From the human T2T-CHM13v2.0 reference genome, Homo sapiens, in the NCBI RefSeq assembly GCF_009914755.1, contig NC_060926.1: a stretch of 64,000 bases of DNA; one strand, 5' to 3'. Position numbers and translations under genes: made by a program. The notes beneath the pieces were generated by a model. It did not search any database and was not told where the DNA came from. It was given only the letters and a program-made list of their open reading frames with translations. Each line of letters starts with the position of its first letter. Position 1 is the first letter of the stretch. This document shows positions 1-12,615 of this stretch, piece after piece.

Positions 1-69
1 TTTCTCTTTCATGCCTGCAAAATCCTTTATGTGCACTGATTTAAGGGTTCCTATCACACTGGGCTGCAG

Positions 70-204
70 TTATGAGATTACAAGTTTGTCTCTTCCACTA
101 GACTCTGAGGCCCTGAAGGTCAGGGCTGAAGTGCTATGCAGGTTTGTCTCTGCAGAGCCTGGTGTACAGCAGTATACAACAGTTTCTTAAATGAATGAAT
201 GAGT
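70..204 (+). mobile_element. L2 LINE 3' end fragment
   Basis: ccactagactctgaggccctgaaggtcaggg...cctggtgtacagcag...tgaatgaatga resembles the L2 3' terminus with its (TGAA)n tail. Confidence 0.65.
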
Positions 205-2163
205 CAGTGACAGAGCCACTTATTTTTGAGTCCCAAGCCTATCCCTCCAGCTCCCAGAATGACTCAACTACTAAAAACAAAGAGAAGATGTGACTATCAA
301 GAAAGAGAGCGGGAGGAATAAATAGGCTTCTTTGTGTGAGAGAGAACCACGGACATGAAGCAGGCCTCTCAGGTATGGCAGGATGCCTGCTTTATGTCCA
401 GGTTGACTTTGTGCCTGTAGGAACTGGGCTGGTGGTTATAGACCAGGTCTGGTCGGCCTTACCTATGCAGATGGTAACCAGGCCACCTATGAGTGAGTGC
501 AGCCGACACAAAGCAGCACCATGCAGGTGTTCCCCATTCCAGCTGTGGGAAGCTGCTGGCTGAACACGGGAAACCATGTTTGCACCAGGCTTGGACCTGT
601 GTGTGCACAGCAGTGTGTAGGCACATGTGTGTATGTTGGGGGAGTTGGGGGTGACTAATGGAGATGAATGATTACTTAATCTGAACTCATCAGGAATAAA
701 GAGCCAACAGATTCCTTATTTCCATCTCTGCCTGCACTCAAGTGCATATACCAAAGCCTATGGTTTACATACTTTCCTAGTGATTTGATCTAAAAATATT
801 TCACCTTTCCTAACCTGTGCCTGTCAGTGACTAACATTATCATAAAAAGTGCACTTTTACTGGGATTCCATAGCAGAAAAGGAGGCTCCCCTAGTAATAT
901 TACGTGCCCTTTTAGGAAATTAACTTTTAAAAAAGACATCAGAATATCAGAATACTGAGCTTCCATGGGCAATTGTAGCTATCAGATATGACAGATATTG
1001 AATGGCTTTTCTCAGGGACCTGTCCACTCAATGTGTTCCACCATACCGCTTACAAAGCATTGCAACCAGAGTTTCCTATTACTCAACATTATGTGTATTA
1101 TTCTAAGTATAGAGGCCACTAGAATATCAAGAAACATATGGCACATCTTTCTAGCAATCTGGGATTCATCACTGAAATGCACACTCAGGATAGCTCAGGA
1201 AGATACCTACAGAAATGAATGGCTTGACTAGGAAAGGTTAGACCTTTGTATGTCTCTATCTGCAGCTTTGTCTACCATTTTTCCTATTATTTCTACACAA
1301 GCCTGCTGTGCTCCTAAAATACCATTCTTCTTAGCAATCTGGGGTGGGTGGGGACAGACTCCTGTAGATCCCCAAGTCTTTGATCAGTATGTAAAACTTT
1401 CAGGTAAGATCCTACCAAAAGGGCTTCCTAACTGCTTTGGCTTTTCCAGTAAATTAATGGACTCTATCCAGTTCGTATCTGGAAAAGCTTTTCGCTCTTT
1501 AACTAAAGATCAGGTAAGAATAATTGGACACACACTCCGGCATTGGAACTTGATAGAGTTTACTCTGGGACCTTATGGAGGACAAAGGATGAATGACATG
1601 CTGTAAATACTGGCCTCACTCCCCAGTGTCTCCTCTCTAAGGAGCTGGTAAAAACCTTAAACCCATGTGGGTGGAGCTCCAGGTATGTGTGAATCCTCTT
1701 GTGTGTGGTCCATGCAGGGGGCCCACAGAGTCAACCCGGGTTGCTTGTTCCTTCTTCTCAGCTGTCTTTGAAAACCTGGACCATATTCTTTGATCCCATC
1801 AGGGTATAGCTTCTCCTCAGTGTGTGCTGCACAGTGATGGCTGCATTTCTAAGAGAACACTCGGAGACCAGACCTGTTGTCTGGTACTCTCTCAGAAAGA
1901 GTGAGACCAAGTCCTGCAAGCCGACTTCACCCAGTCTGTGGGGAGCTGCCTTATTTCCTGAGAGGTGGCTTTTCGTTTACATTGATCCAACTCACTCTGG
2001 GCTCTGGATGGTGAGAGAAGCAAGCCTTTTTGATTTGATGCTTGCAGACTGACCACCTGTCCTTCAGGATCCTAACTCTAAACTTGTAGTCTTTTCCTGC
2101 ATCACCCATTCCTGAAGAGAACATTTTACTTTCTTCTGCTGATGCATTTATTTTTTGTTCCAC

Positions 2164-2164
<1 letters not shown>

Positions 2165-2197
<33 letters not shown>
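2165..2197. repeat. Poly(A) tract, 33 nt
   Basis: Uninterrupted A run with no adjacent Alu or L1 body. Confidence 0.95.
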
Positions 2198-2198
<1 letters not shown>

Positions 2199-2334
2199 AC
2201 TGGTGCAGCATCTACATCTCAAAATAAACAAGAATCCTATTTTGTGACTTCATTTTGCATACAGGGGTAGGAATTATCAGTAAAGCAACTAATGAGAGGT
2301 CTTCAACAAAGCAGCTCCTTACCAGATGTTTATG

Positions 2335-2530
2335 TAATTTACTTACTCAGTCATCAAATCATTCCTGTGTTCACATTCTGTACCAGATACTGTCTTACAC
2401 AGTGGGGAGACAGAGATGAACTCACTCCTGCATTCAAGGAGTTCATAGCCTGGTGGGTTGGCAGCCATCTAAGCAACTAAGCATATTAAACTGTTGGATG
2501 GACTATGCTAACAGTCTGTGGAGGGTACAG
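2335..2530 (-). mobile_element. L2 fragment
   Basis: ttactcagtcatcaaatc...gtaccagatactgt...cctgcattcaaggagttcatagcctggtggg resembles the antisense L2 3' end. Confidence 0.6.
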
Positions 2531-2619
2531 CGGATTCTGGGAGAGTGACCTGGGGTAGAATTGGGAATGGGAAGGTGGAAGGAAGACTATGAAGAGCAGG
2601 CATTGTCATCAGATAAACT

Positions 2620-2815
2620 AACCTTGAGTCGTGGCTCTGGTTCTGCCCTTTACTAGCTGTGCATTGTTAGGAAAATTACTTAAGTTCTCTGAGTGTTAGC
2701 TTTATTATCTGAAATCAAAATAATTACAGTGAGATTTTGGGGAAGATTAAATGAGATCATATTTATAAATCAATTAGCACAGTTACTGGCACCTGGTAAG
2801 TGTTCAATAAATGTG
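2620..2815 (+). mobile_element. MIR SINE
   Basis: ttactagctgtg...ttacttaagttctctgag...gaagattaaatgagat...ggcacctggtaagtgttcaataaatg, the MIR core and tail. Confidence 0.8.
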
Positions 2816-3727
2816 ATTTATGCATTAATTATACAATTATTATTTTCTAAGCAGTGGCCAGGTCAACTCTTGACATGATAGAAGATCTGTGCTAAAGATG
2901 AGATGGGGAAAGCCGACAGAGATTTCCTATCCAGGTTACAGAGATGACCTTTTTTCTGTTTATTGGAAGCTGCCAGCCTGACTTGATTTGCTGTAAAACC
3001 CACTTCTTTTCCAGTTACTGGTTGGGAAATTTTATCCCAAGTTATCAATTTACAAGGTGTATGGCAGAAGCAAGCCTGCGGATGGTGCAGCCACTCTATC
3101 TGGTTGTCTGCCTCGGCAATGCCTCTTTTCTCCAATTCCGTTTTCAATAAGCAGAGAAGACTGAAAATCCTCCGGCCCCTGGCATGGCTCTGTCTGTGTT
3201 CTGGACAAGTGCCAGTTGTAAATGGCTCCTGCTTTTCTTCTGTTAATACTGTGTCTGCATGTGTACCTATCTAGGCCTTTGTTTAAAAATTAAGAAGTGC
3301 GTCCAGACAGTAAGTGCATAGAAATGTAGACGCAGGCCAAGAAAAAGAGTGTGGCTGATGTTAAATACAGTGGTGAATAAGTATTTAGAACCTGAGAAAT
3401 TGTAGTAAAGATTCATTCAAGTTTTTTTCACCCACAGATTTATTCAGTATAATTTAGGATAGAGGGTATGCAGTGCCCAGACACAGAACCCGTGATACTT
3501 CTTATATACAATCTTTTTATTAATTGATTCAATGTGCAAATTTCCCTCCAGCCTTTCTTTTTCTTCATTAACACTAGTGAAAATGAATGGAATGTGCAGA
3601 TTTCTTCAGAAACCTGTCTCAGGTCACCCGTGATGCTGGGAGTCATTTGTGGTAATAGTCCCTTAAGCCTACCTTCCATCATCCCTAGATTTGAACCAAA
3701 GTACCAATGCTACAAAGGACATCAGTA

Positions 3728-3860
3728 TCCATTCATTCATTTATTTAACCAGTGTTAGATGCATTACTATTGCATGTAAAACCCTGTGTAATGTTCTATA
3801 AGAAATACAGGAATAAATAAGACAAGTCCTTGTCTCCAAGGAGCTCATATCTAAAGAAGG
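3728..3860 (-). mobile_element. L2 3' end fragment
   Basis: cattcattcatttatttaac...aataagacaagtccttgtctccaaggagctcatatcta. Confidence 0.65.
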
Positions 3861-4359
3861 ATGCATACTACTCCAATATCCAATATAGGCGGATACAAAA
3901 AAAGGAGCAAAGATGAGTCAAGGTTATTAAGAGAACCTGATGTTTTTCATCTATGTTAAATGAATCATCAATAGTTCATTTTTTAAAGGGTAGACAAAGT
4001 CATTATTATATCTTTACTAACTATGCATAAATTGCAACTAATTAAAGAGTTGAACATTTAAACCAGATATTTTGGTGGATGTCCAATAGATATATTGTCA
4101 TGTGACTGTACGTACTCAGATTATCAAAACTAATATTTCTAGAATTTTTATAGTAAACAAAGTGCTTTTGGTGTTAGCTTGTGTATATATAGCTGGTATT
4201 AAATAAATACTTTTATACATTTATATATATATATATTTAGATTTGGAGATGCATTCACTTATAAGATCACAAGAGTTGAGTTGTGTCAATAGAACCCATT
4301 CTTGTAAAAATCAAACTTCAAACATTTCTCTTTTCCTCAGATTGAGGTACAGTATACCT

Positions 4360-5935
4360 GAAGCTCAATGTTACTTAACATGATAAAATAAATCTAAAAC
4401 AAAAATCATACTAAAGTAAATACCCTGCTTACTGCTGAAATTTTAGAAGTCCTCCCGTTAAAGTCAGTGACAAGACAAACTGACACACTATCACTATCTT
4501 CAGCTCACATTATATGGGAGGACCTAGTTAGTGAAATCAGACAAAAAAAATGAATATGTTGAAAGATTCATAGAAACAACATCGTTATTTGATGCTGTCA
4601 TGATTGCCGATCTAGTAAATACAAGAAAATCTATAGACAAATACTAAAACTAATAGATGTCGGGAATAGCAGGAATATTTTTCATTTGCACCTGCACATC
4701 CACTCTCTACTCTTCACTCTTTCAGTGCCCTGGGAGACTGACTTCTATAAGCGTCAAATGTATTTGGCAGGTGGTGAGAAGGAAAAGGGGCAAAGGCAGG
4801 AGATCTATCAGAAGGGAGGACAGGGTGTTAGTCTCCCAACTCTGCTTCACCACTGGCTAGCTGATCCCTTCCACCAATGTCTTAGCATCTGTCAGGCAGA
4901 CTTCTCCACAGGAACCTTCTTGTCTCCCTGCGCTCCTTCCTCTGGTCCCTTCAGGTACAAAGGTGCTAATGAATCCTTGCTATTCCTAGCCGTGACCTAC
5001 TGCATTACCACTAGTAGATTTCACATACCCTCTCACACCTCTGTAAATTATCCCTTTACTAATCTCTTCTCAAATTACCCTAATTTGAGTGTATCTTTTT
5101 CTTGTTGGGCTCCTGATTCTTACAAGCAATTTTGATGAGCACAAGATCATCAAATATAAATCAATATTCTTTCTATCCATTAGCAGTAACCAATTAAAAT
5201 ATGATTTTTTAAAGATTCCAGAAATTAGTCTGGAGTGTGTCAGATATTTACAATGAAATAATTAAAAATTTTAAAGGATATTAAAGAAAACCAGAATAAG
5301 TATATTAAATTATAATGTTCACTTTTGGAAAACCCAATCTTGTAAAAATATCAATTTTCCTCAAAATTAGTCTGCAAATCAAATGCAATTCATATAAAAA
5401 TTCCAATAAGATTTTAATGAAATGGAATCATTCCAATCAATTCTAAAATGTATAAATTATATAAAAATCTAAGAAGAGTTAAAAATCATTAGAGAAGGAA
5501 AGAGTCTATGAAACAGAACCAAGAGGAAAAGAAAGAGGTAGTTTTAGGAAGAATAACTTCTACTAGAACCCAAACCTTACTTAGAGCTATAGTAATTATA
5601 AAAGAATATATTTACACAAAAGGAGAATAACAAATGTACAAAATAGAGAGCCCAGAAAGAAATCTGCATGTTAATGAAGATGTGCTTTATAACCAAAAAA
5701 TTACATTAGAAATCACTAAGAAAGTTGATTATATGAAAGATATTAACACAATAGGCTATCCATATGGGGGAAAATAATAACCTTGTGTAAACAGTACTAA
5801 AACACAAACCGAAATATAAAAAACAAAAACTTCTTAACAAAATAACAAAAATAGAAAACTATCTTTATCATCCATGCATAGAAAGGTATTTTTAAATAAT
5901 ACACCAAAAGAAAAAGTTATGAAATAAAAGATCAT
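4360..5935 (+). mobile_element. Ancient L1 (L1ME-like) ORF2 remnant, interrupted by LTR33
   Basis: A-rich, degenerate match to the ORF2 RT region (tagaagtcctcccgttaaagtcagtgacaagacaa; catgattgccgatctagtaaatacaagaaaatctatagacaaatact) that continues after 5125. Confidence 0.7.
4658..5124 (+). mobile_element. LTR33-like ERVL solo LTR
   Basis: TG...CA ends; tttcatttgcacctgcacatccactctc and cacacctctgtaaattatccctttactaatctcttctcaaattaccctaatttgagtgt match LTR33. Confidence 0.8.
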
Positions 5936-8008
5936 CTCATTCTACCTTTATGCTAACTCCATGTTAAGAAGAAAAAAAAAAGCTTTGTTGCATCTGTTTT
6001 TTGTTAGTTTGTTTTTTGTTTTTGTTTTACTTCTTAGGAAGTCCCATATAACTTGCTCTAGGTGACACAGATGAGACTTTATTCCAGGTCTCTTGACCAA
6101 AATTCCAGTGATTTGGGAAAACTGTTGCTATTTCCTCCACTCCTCTTAACCATATGACCCTTTCAGTCGCTTAGTCTTGAGAGCTCACTGATCTCATGTG
6201 TTTGAGTATTTGATGATGACCATCTTAGAGAAGTTGGAAAGGTTCCTGAAGCAAGGTCCCAGACTGTGTTCCAGGAAGAATGATCCAGAAAGGCTGAAAG
6301 CAGAGAGGAGAGGAAAGCAGGCTCTTGTGTCTTAGTAGCGCTAATGCTTGCTAACACGGGTTTTCTTGCCACATCAGAGAAGGGACACCTGCCAAGACCA
6401 CCAACCTTCCAGCCTTGGGTTTTTTCCTCAGGTGGACTCCAAGAGGTCCTTTGGAGTAGAACTGCATTGTGACTAGACAACGGACCATAACAGTTTCCTT
6501 CCTAACATATAATGCACTGTTGTCTCTTAATTGATTCAAATTTCTTTTAGACCATCTCTATAACATCAAATTTTCAAACGTTACTCCCTAGTCCATGAGG
6601 TAGAATATCTCTGCCTGCCACAAAACTCCCCTTAATCTTTAAAATTCAAGGTTTTCAAGCCCTGGGATTTGGAAACTAGGTTAAATGCAGAATATCAAGC
6701 CTCCTGATTATTTGATCACCTCTTCCCACATGCAGGCCTAGTCTCTAAATCCTGGCATGGTGTATGCCTAGGAACCCATCTGTTATTCTCTCATACCTAC
6801 CTGACTGTGATGGAGCACTTCAGCTACAGCTGAGCACCTGTTTTTGAGAGTAAAATGTGAGTCTGACTCTGATCTGGACAGGACCAACACATGCCCCACA
6901 GTTACGTTATCACAACAAATTTAATGGAAGGTGAGGAGGTTGATGAGGATCTTGAACAAAGCTATCATCAAAGCCTACATTTTAGCACTTCTTGCAGGTG
7001 TGTTTGGTTGCTTTGTGCCCATAATCAGGAACTACAAACATGGCTACCAGTTTGTTTTCATTCTTTGTTTGGCTGTGTCTAAAGATGTCGAAACAACCTG
7101 TCAGTTTAACACGAAGATATTAGCTGGTTCATTAGACATATTCACTTATCTTTTGACAATGCAGAGATGGAAAAACTGGGAGCTAGCCTGCCCTCTCCCT
7201 TCTCTGGCCTCCTTTCAGCCCACCTCTAGTGCATTTTTTGCTCTGTGTAATTTGGTTGCAAGGTGTGAGAAAGGTAACTCAATCTGAGACCTGAGGAGTG
7301 AGCAGAGTGACTTTGTGGTTCATGGTTATTTAATCTGCTTTACCTCTCACAGTGAGTGCTACTATAGCTGTAGAATGTGTAATACTTAATGAAACTCAAT
7401 ACACTTGAAAATCTCTATTTCTGGTCTCTGGTTGAATGAGGATAATTATTACAGTAATTATTAGATTATTTGTGATAATAAGAATTTGCTCATTATCTTC
7501 ACCTTTGTCTTCAAAGTATTACACAAACACTGACTTGATCCTTTAAACATCCTCTGCTTGGCCTGTTCACATTGGTCAACTGCTACATGTGTTAATCTTG
7601 GAACATAGCAGAGGAAATACCCCCTTCCTGCAGCTACGTTCTGTAATGACAACTTTCTGAGGTTGTGCCTGCCCTTTATCTGCAACCACCTTCCTTCTGG
7701 CATTCGGTTGACTGAATACCTACTTATATCACGGCTGAGTGATGAGAGATGTGAAGGGTACAATGCACAGAACTTAACAAATCATCTTCCAATGCACATT
7801 TTGCAAGTAGAGGTGGCTATCTAAGTGTATAGGGATTTGTTTAGAACTTGGGGTTATGGGGATTAGGGAGAGAGGGGTCATATGTACATGGTACAAGCCA
7901 TGGGTACAAGGGGACATGGTACAAGCCACACAAATGCAGAAGTATAAGAAGTCTCAGTGCATTAAGACAGTCAAGCTGGGGCATGAAGAAACTCTAATAT
8001 CATGGTCT

Positions 8009-8062
8009 GACTGCAGTATTTGCTATGGCTAGAGGGACTGCAGTATTTGCTATGGCTAGATG
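8009..8062. repeat. 27-bp tandem duplication
   Basis: gactgcagtatttgctatggctaga identical at 8009-8033 and 8036-8060. Confidence 0.95.
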
Positions 8063-8819
8063 GACCAAAAACATTTTTTTCCCTGGTTGGGTTTTTTTTT
8101 TTATTTTGTTAAGTAACCACAAGGAAGATAAATATCTATCTTTATATTCTAATTAAAATATCTTCATTTATTTCAGACAACAATTTGCTTGATAATTTTA
8201 TCTTTATAGACTTTTAAGTGATAGCATACTTGAGTGAGTCTGGTAGCCTTTAATTGCATAGCTATGCAATAGTATAAGGAATGGGTCTCTGCTCAGATGA
8301 CATTTGCCAGCAACAAGCTTTTGAAGAACTGCTTTCCTACCCAAACACAAATGACATGGAAATTTTTTCCTTAAGCTGAGTGACATTTTTCAGTTGACAT
8401 TTGTGTTAATTTATTTGTATAACATACAATGAAATGTTTGCCTATTTTAAATTAAAAATGAATTTTATTTCTTATTTCTTCTTTATAAGGAAGCTATGTT
8501 GCCTCCAGATGGAAAATACCATTTAGAGAGCTTTAGTTTTTCTGGTGAACACAAAGATCCCTTGCTGAATGTGGCACAGCACACTCTGGGTGAGATGCTT
8601 AACTCAGACTCATGACAGCTTGCTGAAAGAAAGATTTCTGAGTCAGATATGAACTTGGCAGTGATGAAATCTGTTAAACATCTTCTCTGCTTATCAGGAA
8701 ACATCAACTGAATCCCCCAGTGGCTGCCTCTGACTCCTAGTTTATTCCTACAAGAAGGCAGGAAGCAGCTCAATGCTGAGACCTTTCCCTCGTATCAGTT
8801 TCTGAGCACCTGGGAATAG

Positions 8820-8945
8820 TGAAAAATCCCAGGGCTTGGAATCAGAAGACCTGAGTATCTCTCAGGCTCTAGGACAAGATCACTCTAAGGCCTTCGTCAA
8901 GATACATTTCCATTCTGAGCCTCAATTCTCCATTTAGTAAATAAG
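8820..8945 (+). mobile_element. MIR fragment
   Basis: gggcttggaatcagaagacctgagt...ctgagcctcaattctccatttagtaaa. Confidence 0.6.
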
Positions 8946-9724
8946 AAGATTTCTGGCAAAGATGACATATTAAGTTTATATCTGGTACACTTTATCAGCT
9001 TTCAACATATAGTAATGACAAATTAAATATAATAAGAGAAATGCAAAAAGACATAGTTGGGCTCAAATAGCAAATATCAGCATGAACAGAAATAGAACTT
9101 CAGTACAAAGCACAGAGCACAACTGGAGCCATAAACCTTCTTTGTCACAATTCAGACTCTAGCAGTGATAGTCAGTACTCCCATTCTCATGGAGGAACAT
9201 GGATCCATATAAACTAGAAGACTGAAGCTGGATTCAGTGTCTGAAATCAAAGACTGAATAAGTTCCAAACCATAACTTGAAGCCCAAAGAAGCTGTTGCA
9301 TATTCTACCTACGGCTTATGCTTATAGGAGACAGTGATCATAGGGTGCAGGAAAACAAAGACAAAGACCAAGAATAGAGCCATACTACCTGCTGGCTCAG
9401 TGATGGGATATGTAATTCCCACAATTCTGCCACAAAGAAGAGATGCCAAAATGCCACTAGACGATGTGGGGCTGGCCTGTAAGTTCAAGAGCACTAAGAA
9501 TTCGCATCAAAAAACCTTCTTAGTAAGAAAACATATAAAGGGGAATGTGAGAAAAATAAACTTTCACATCAATCTGAAACTAAAATTTTAAATGTGCTAA
9601 TAAATTATATCATAAGGAAGGCAAAAGATACTAACAGATTGAAAAGTTTAGTTTTCTCCAGGTTAAACTACAAATTATTAATAGGAAGGTAGCTAGCAGA
9701 CCTCAAAATAGATGGCGTTTAAAC

Positions 9725-11061
9725 AACAGAGTTCTAAATAACACATAGGTTAAACAAGAAATCTGAAAAAAGTTCAAAAACATTTTAAATTAAAGTTAAA
9801 TTAAAACAACTTATCAAAATTTGTGGGATGCAGCAGAAAGCAGGGCTTAGAAACAAATTTACAAATTGAATGCACATATAAGAAAAGAAGAAAGATCTCA
9901 AATCAATAATCTAAATTTCACTTCAGGAAACTAAGGAATAAAAAGGAAGTTAAATCCAAAGTAAACACAAGAAAAGAAATAGTAAAAATTAGAACAGAAT
10001 CCAAAGAAATTGAAAACAACAAATCAAAAGAGAAAAATCAAGGAAAAGAAACCAAAAGCTGGCTCTCTGAAGATATTTTTTAAATGATAAGTCTTTAACC
10101 AAGTTAACTAATCAAATAAATGAGAGGACACAAATTATCAAAAAAAAATAGAAATAAAAGAGGAGACATTACTACAGATCCCATGGATATCAAAAAGATA
10201 ATAAAAGAACAACATGAACAATTCTATGCCAACATATTTGACAACCTAGGTGAAATTGGCCAATTCCTTGAAAGATATAACTGCCAAAAGCAGCACACAC
10301 AAAAATATAGACAATCTAAATAAACCTGTATCTATTAAAGAAATTGAATCAATAATTTCAAAACAGAAAACACCAGGCTCATTAGAGTTCACTAACTAAT
10401 TCCAGAAAACATTAAAACAAGAAATTATACCAATTCTCTAAAATCTCTTTTGGTGGATAGAAGTAGAGGGACCACTTATTAACTCATTCTATGAGGCCAG
10501 CGTTAACCCAATACAAAATTAGATAAAGACATTACAAGAAAAGAAAACTACAGAATGTTATATCTAATAAGCACAGATGCAAAAATTCTCAACAAAATGT
10601 TAATCAATCAAATCCAACAATGAATACAAAAAATTAGACACCATGACCAAGTGGGATTTACTCCAGGCAGGTAAGTCTAGTTCATCATTTAAAAATCTAT
10701 TAATGTAATTAATCCCATCGACAGGCTAAAAAGAAAAATCACATGATCATATCAATACATGCAGAAAAAGCATTTGACAAATTCCAACAATTATTCATGA
10801 TTCTTAAAAATTCTTACTAAACTAGGAATAGAGGTGAACTTTCTCAACTTAATAAAGAATATCTACCAAAAAAACCCTATAGCTAACATCATACTTAATA
10901 GTGAGAAACTCAAAAGTTTTCTATTAAAATCAGGAACAAGGCAAGGATGTCCTCCTCTCACCATTTCTTTTCAACATTGTACTGGAAGTTCTAGCTAATG
11001 CAATAAGACCCCAAAAAAGGGAAATAAAAGGTAAACATATTGGAAGGATGAAATAAAACTC
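9725..11061 (+). mobile_element. Old L1 (L1MB/L1MC-like) ORF2 fragment
   Basis: Degenerate ORF2: RGDITTDPMDIKKIIKE (ORF 10120-10323), attctatgaggccagc, gcagaaaaagcatttgacaaa, caggaacaaggcaaggatgtcc; many stops and frameshifts. Confidence 0.9.
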
Positions 11062-11618
11062 TGACAAATTGAGTTTTCATAGAGTCCACAATAATATCTC
11101 CCATTCACATGTTTCTCTTATTATGTGATTTTGACAATTCTTTCATTTTGTGATGGGATTTATATCTCCTTTCCTTGGACCTTGGCAGGATCTTGTGACT
11201 GCTTTGATCAATAAAGAACAGTGGGAATAATATTATGTGACTAGCAAATCTAAGTAATAAAAATATCTTTGTCTTTTGCTTTGTTCACTTGGGATGTTCA
11301 CTCTTGGAAGCCAGCCACCATGCTGGGAAGAAGCCCAAGCAGCCTGTGGAGAGGTCCACAGTGGAGAACTGAGGCTCCCAGTATACAGCTGTGGCTGACC
11401 TCTTAGCCAACAGTCAGCATTAAGTTGTCATTCATGTGAGTGAACCATCTTGGAAGCAGATGCTCCAGCTGTTAGTTGAGCTGTCCCAGATGATGCCACA
11501 CGGAACATAGATAAACCATTCTTGCTGAGCTCTGCTCAATTTGCAGATTTATTCTCAAAATAATTGTTACAATATTGTTTTGTTAATCCATTAAGTTTTG
11601 AGGTGGATTTTTACTTAG
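11062..11618 (+). mobile_element. MLT1 (G/H-like) MaLR solo LTR, interrupted near its 3' end by Tigger4
   Basis: ttgtgactgctttgatcaata, gccagccaccatgctgggaagaagcccaagc, catgtgagtgaaccatcttgga, ttaagttttgaggtgg. Confidence 0.8.
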
Positions 11619-11620
11619 TA

Positions 11621-12286
11621 CAAGTTGAGTATTCCCTCTCAGAAATGCTTGAGACCAGAAGTTGAGATTTCAGATTTTTATTTAATGTTGAAATATTTGC
11701 ATATACATAATAATATGTCTTGGTGATGAGACCCAAGTCTAAACGTGAAATTCATTTATGTTTTATATACACCTTATACACACAGCCCGAAGATAATTTT
11801 ATACAATACTTCTAATAATTTTGTGCATAAAGCAATTGTGTACATTGAAACATCAGAAAGCAAAGATATCACCGTCTCAGCCACTCATGTGAACCATCTG
11901 TGGTTGCTTGGTGTCACCATCATTTCTGACTCTGAATTTATATGCTACTCATAAACAGTCACTTTCTTACACTTATTCACACATACACATAAGTACTTAA
12001 TAGTAAAAAATATGACATACTATTAATAGAGAGCAAAAGTAATGTGTGCAGGGTAACTAAGCATCACAGCAGCATCACCAGAAAACCTGAATCAGCTGTT
12101 AGGCAACAACAACAACAAACAATGGCAAACTGAATGAGCTGTGTTGTGTACCTGCATTTTGATTATGACCCATCACATCAAAGTAGATGTGAAAATGTAC
12201 ACTATGGATTCATACTGGCACTCAAAAAGTTTGAGATTTCTGAGCATTTTGAAATTCAGATTATTGGATTAGGAATGCTCAACCTG
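11621..12286. mobile_element. Tigger4 (MER46-type) TcMar DNA transposon, internally deleted
   Basis: Terminal inverted repeats caagttgagtattcc / ggaatgctcaacctg; TA on the left, CA on the right; internal gacccaagtctaaacgtgaaattcatttatg matches Tigger4. Confidence 0.9.
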
Positions 12287-12489
12287 CAATGTCATCTAAA
12301 ATAGTCCCCGCTTGCCTAGAAATGTGGACAATACAATTTACTCAGTTTTTTCTGACCAATTTAAATTTATCCTTTAACAGGATACCCTTTATGGAAGTGC
12401 ACCAAAATTATACCCCAGCAGGCTTAACTATGCTTCTTCTGTGTTTCCACTATCCTAGCATAGATTATATGTATTCAATTTTTATATTT

Positions 12490-12615
12490 ATGATATTTAT
12501 GTATTTGCCTTGCTAGACTGTGGGAACAAAGACTACATCATATTCACTCTGAGGTCTGAGCATCTAGCACTGGGTCTTGCACACAGAAAGGACTCCAAAA
12601 TACCCACTGAACTAA
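12490..12615 (+). mobile_element. L2 3' fragment
   Basis: gctagactgtgggaacaaagactacatcatattcactct...catctagcactgggtcttgcacacag. Confidence 0.55.

Noticed and set aside
4686-5135. 149-aa ORF
   Set aside because: Lies within the LTR33 solo LTR; no protein features
7886-8065. CRISPR-like repeat array
   Set aside because: Only two copies of each unit, no spacers, eukaryotic context
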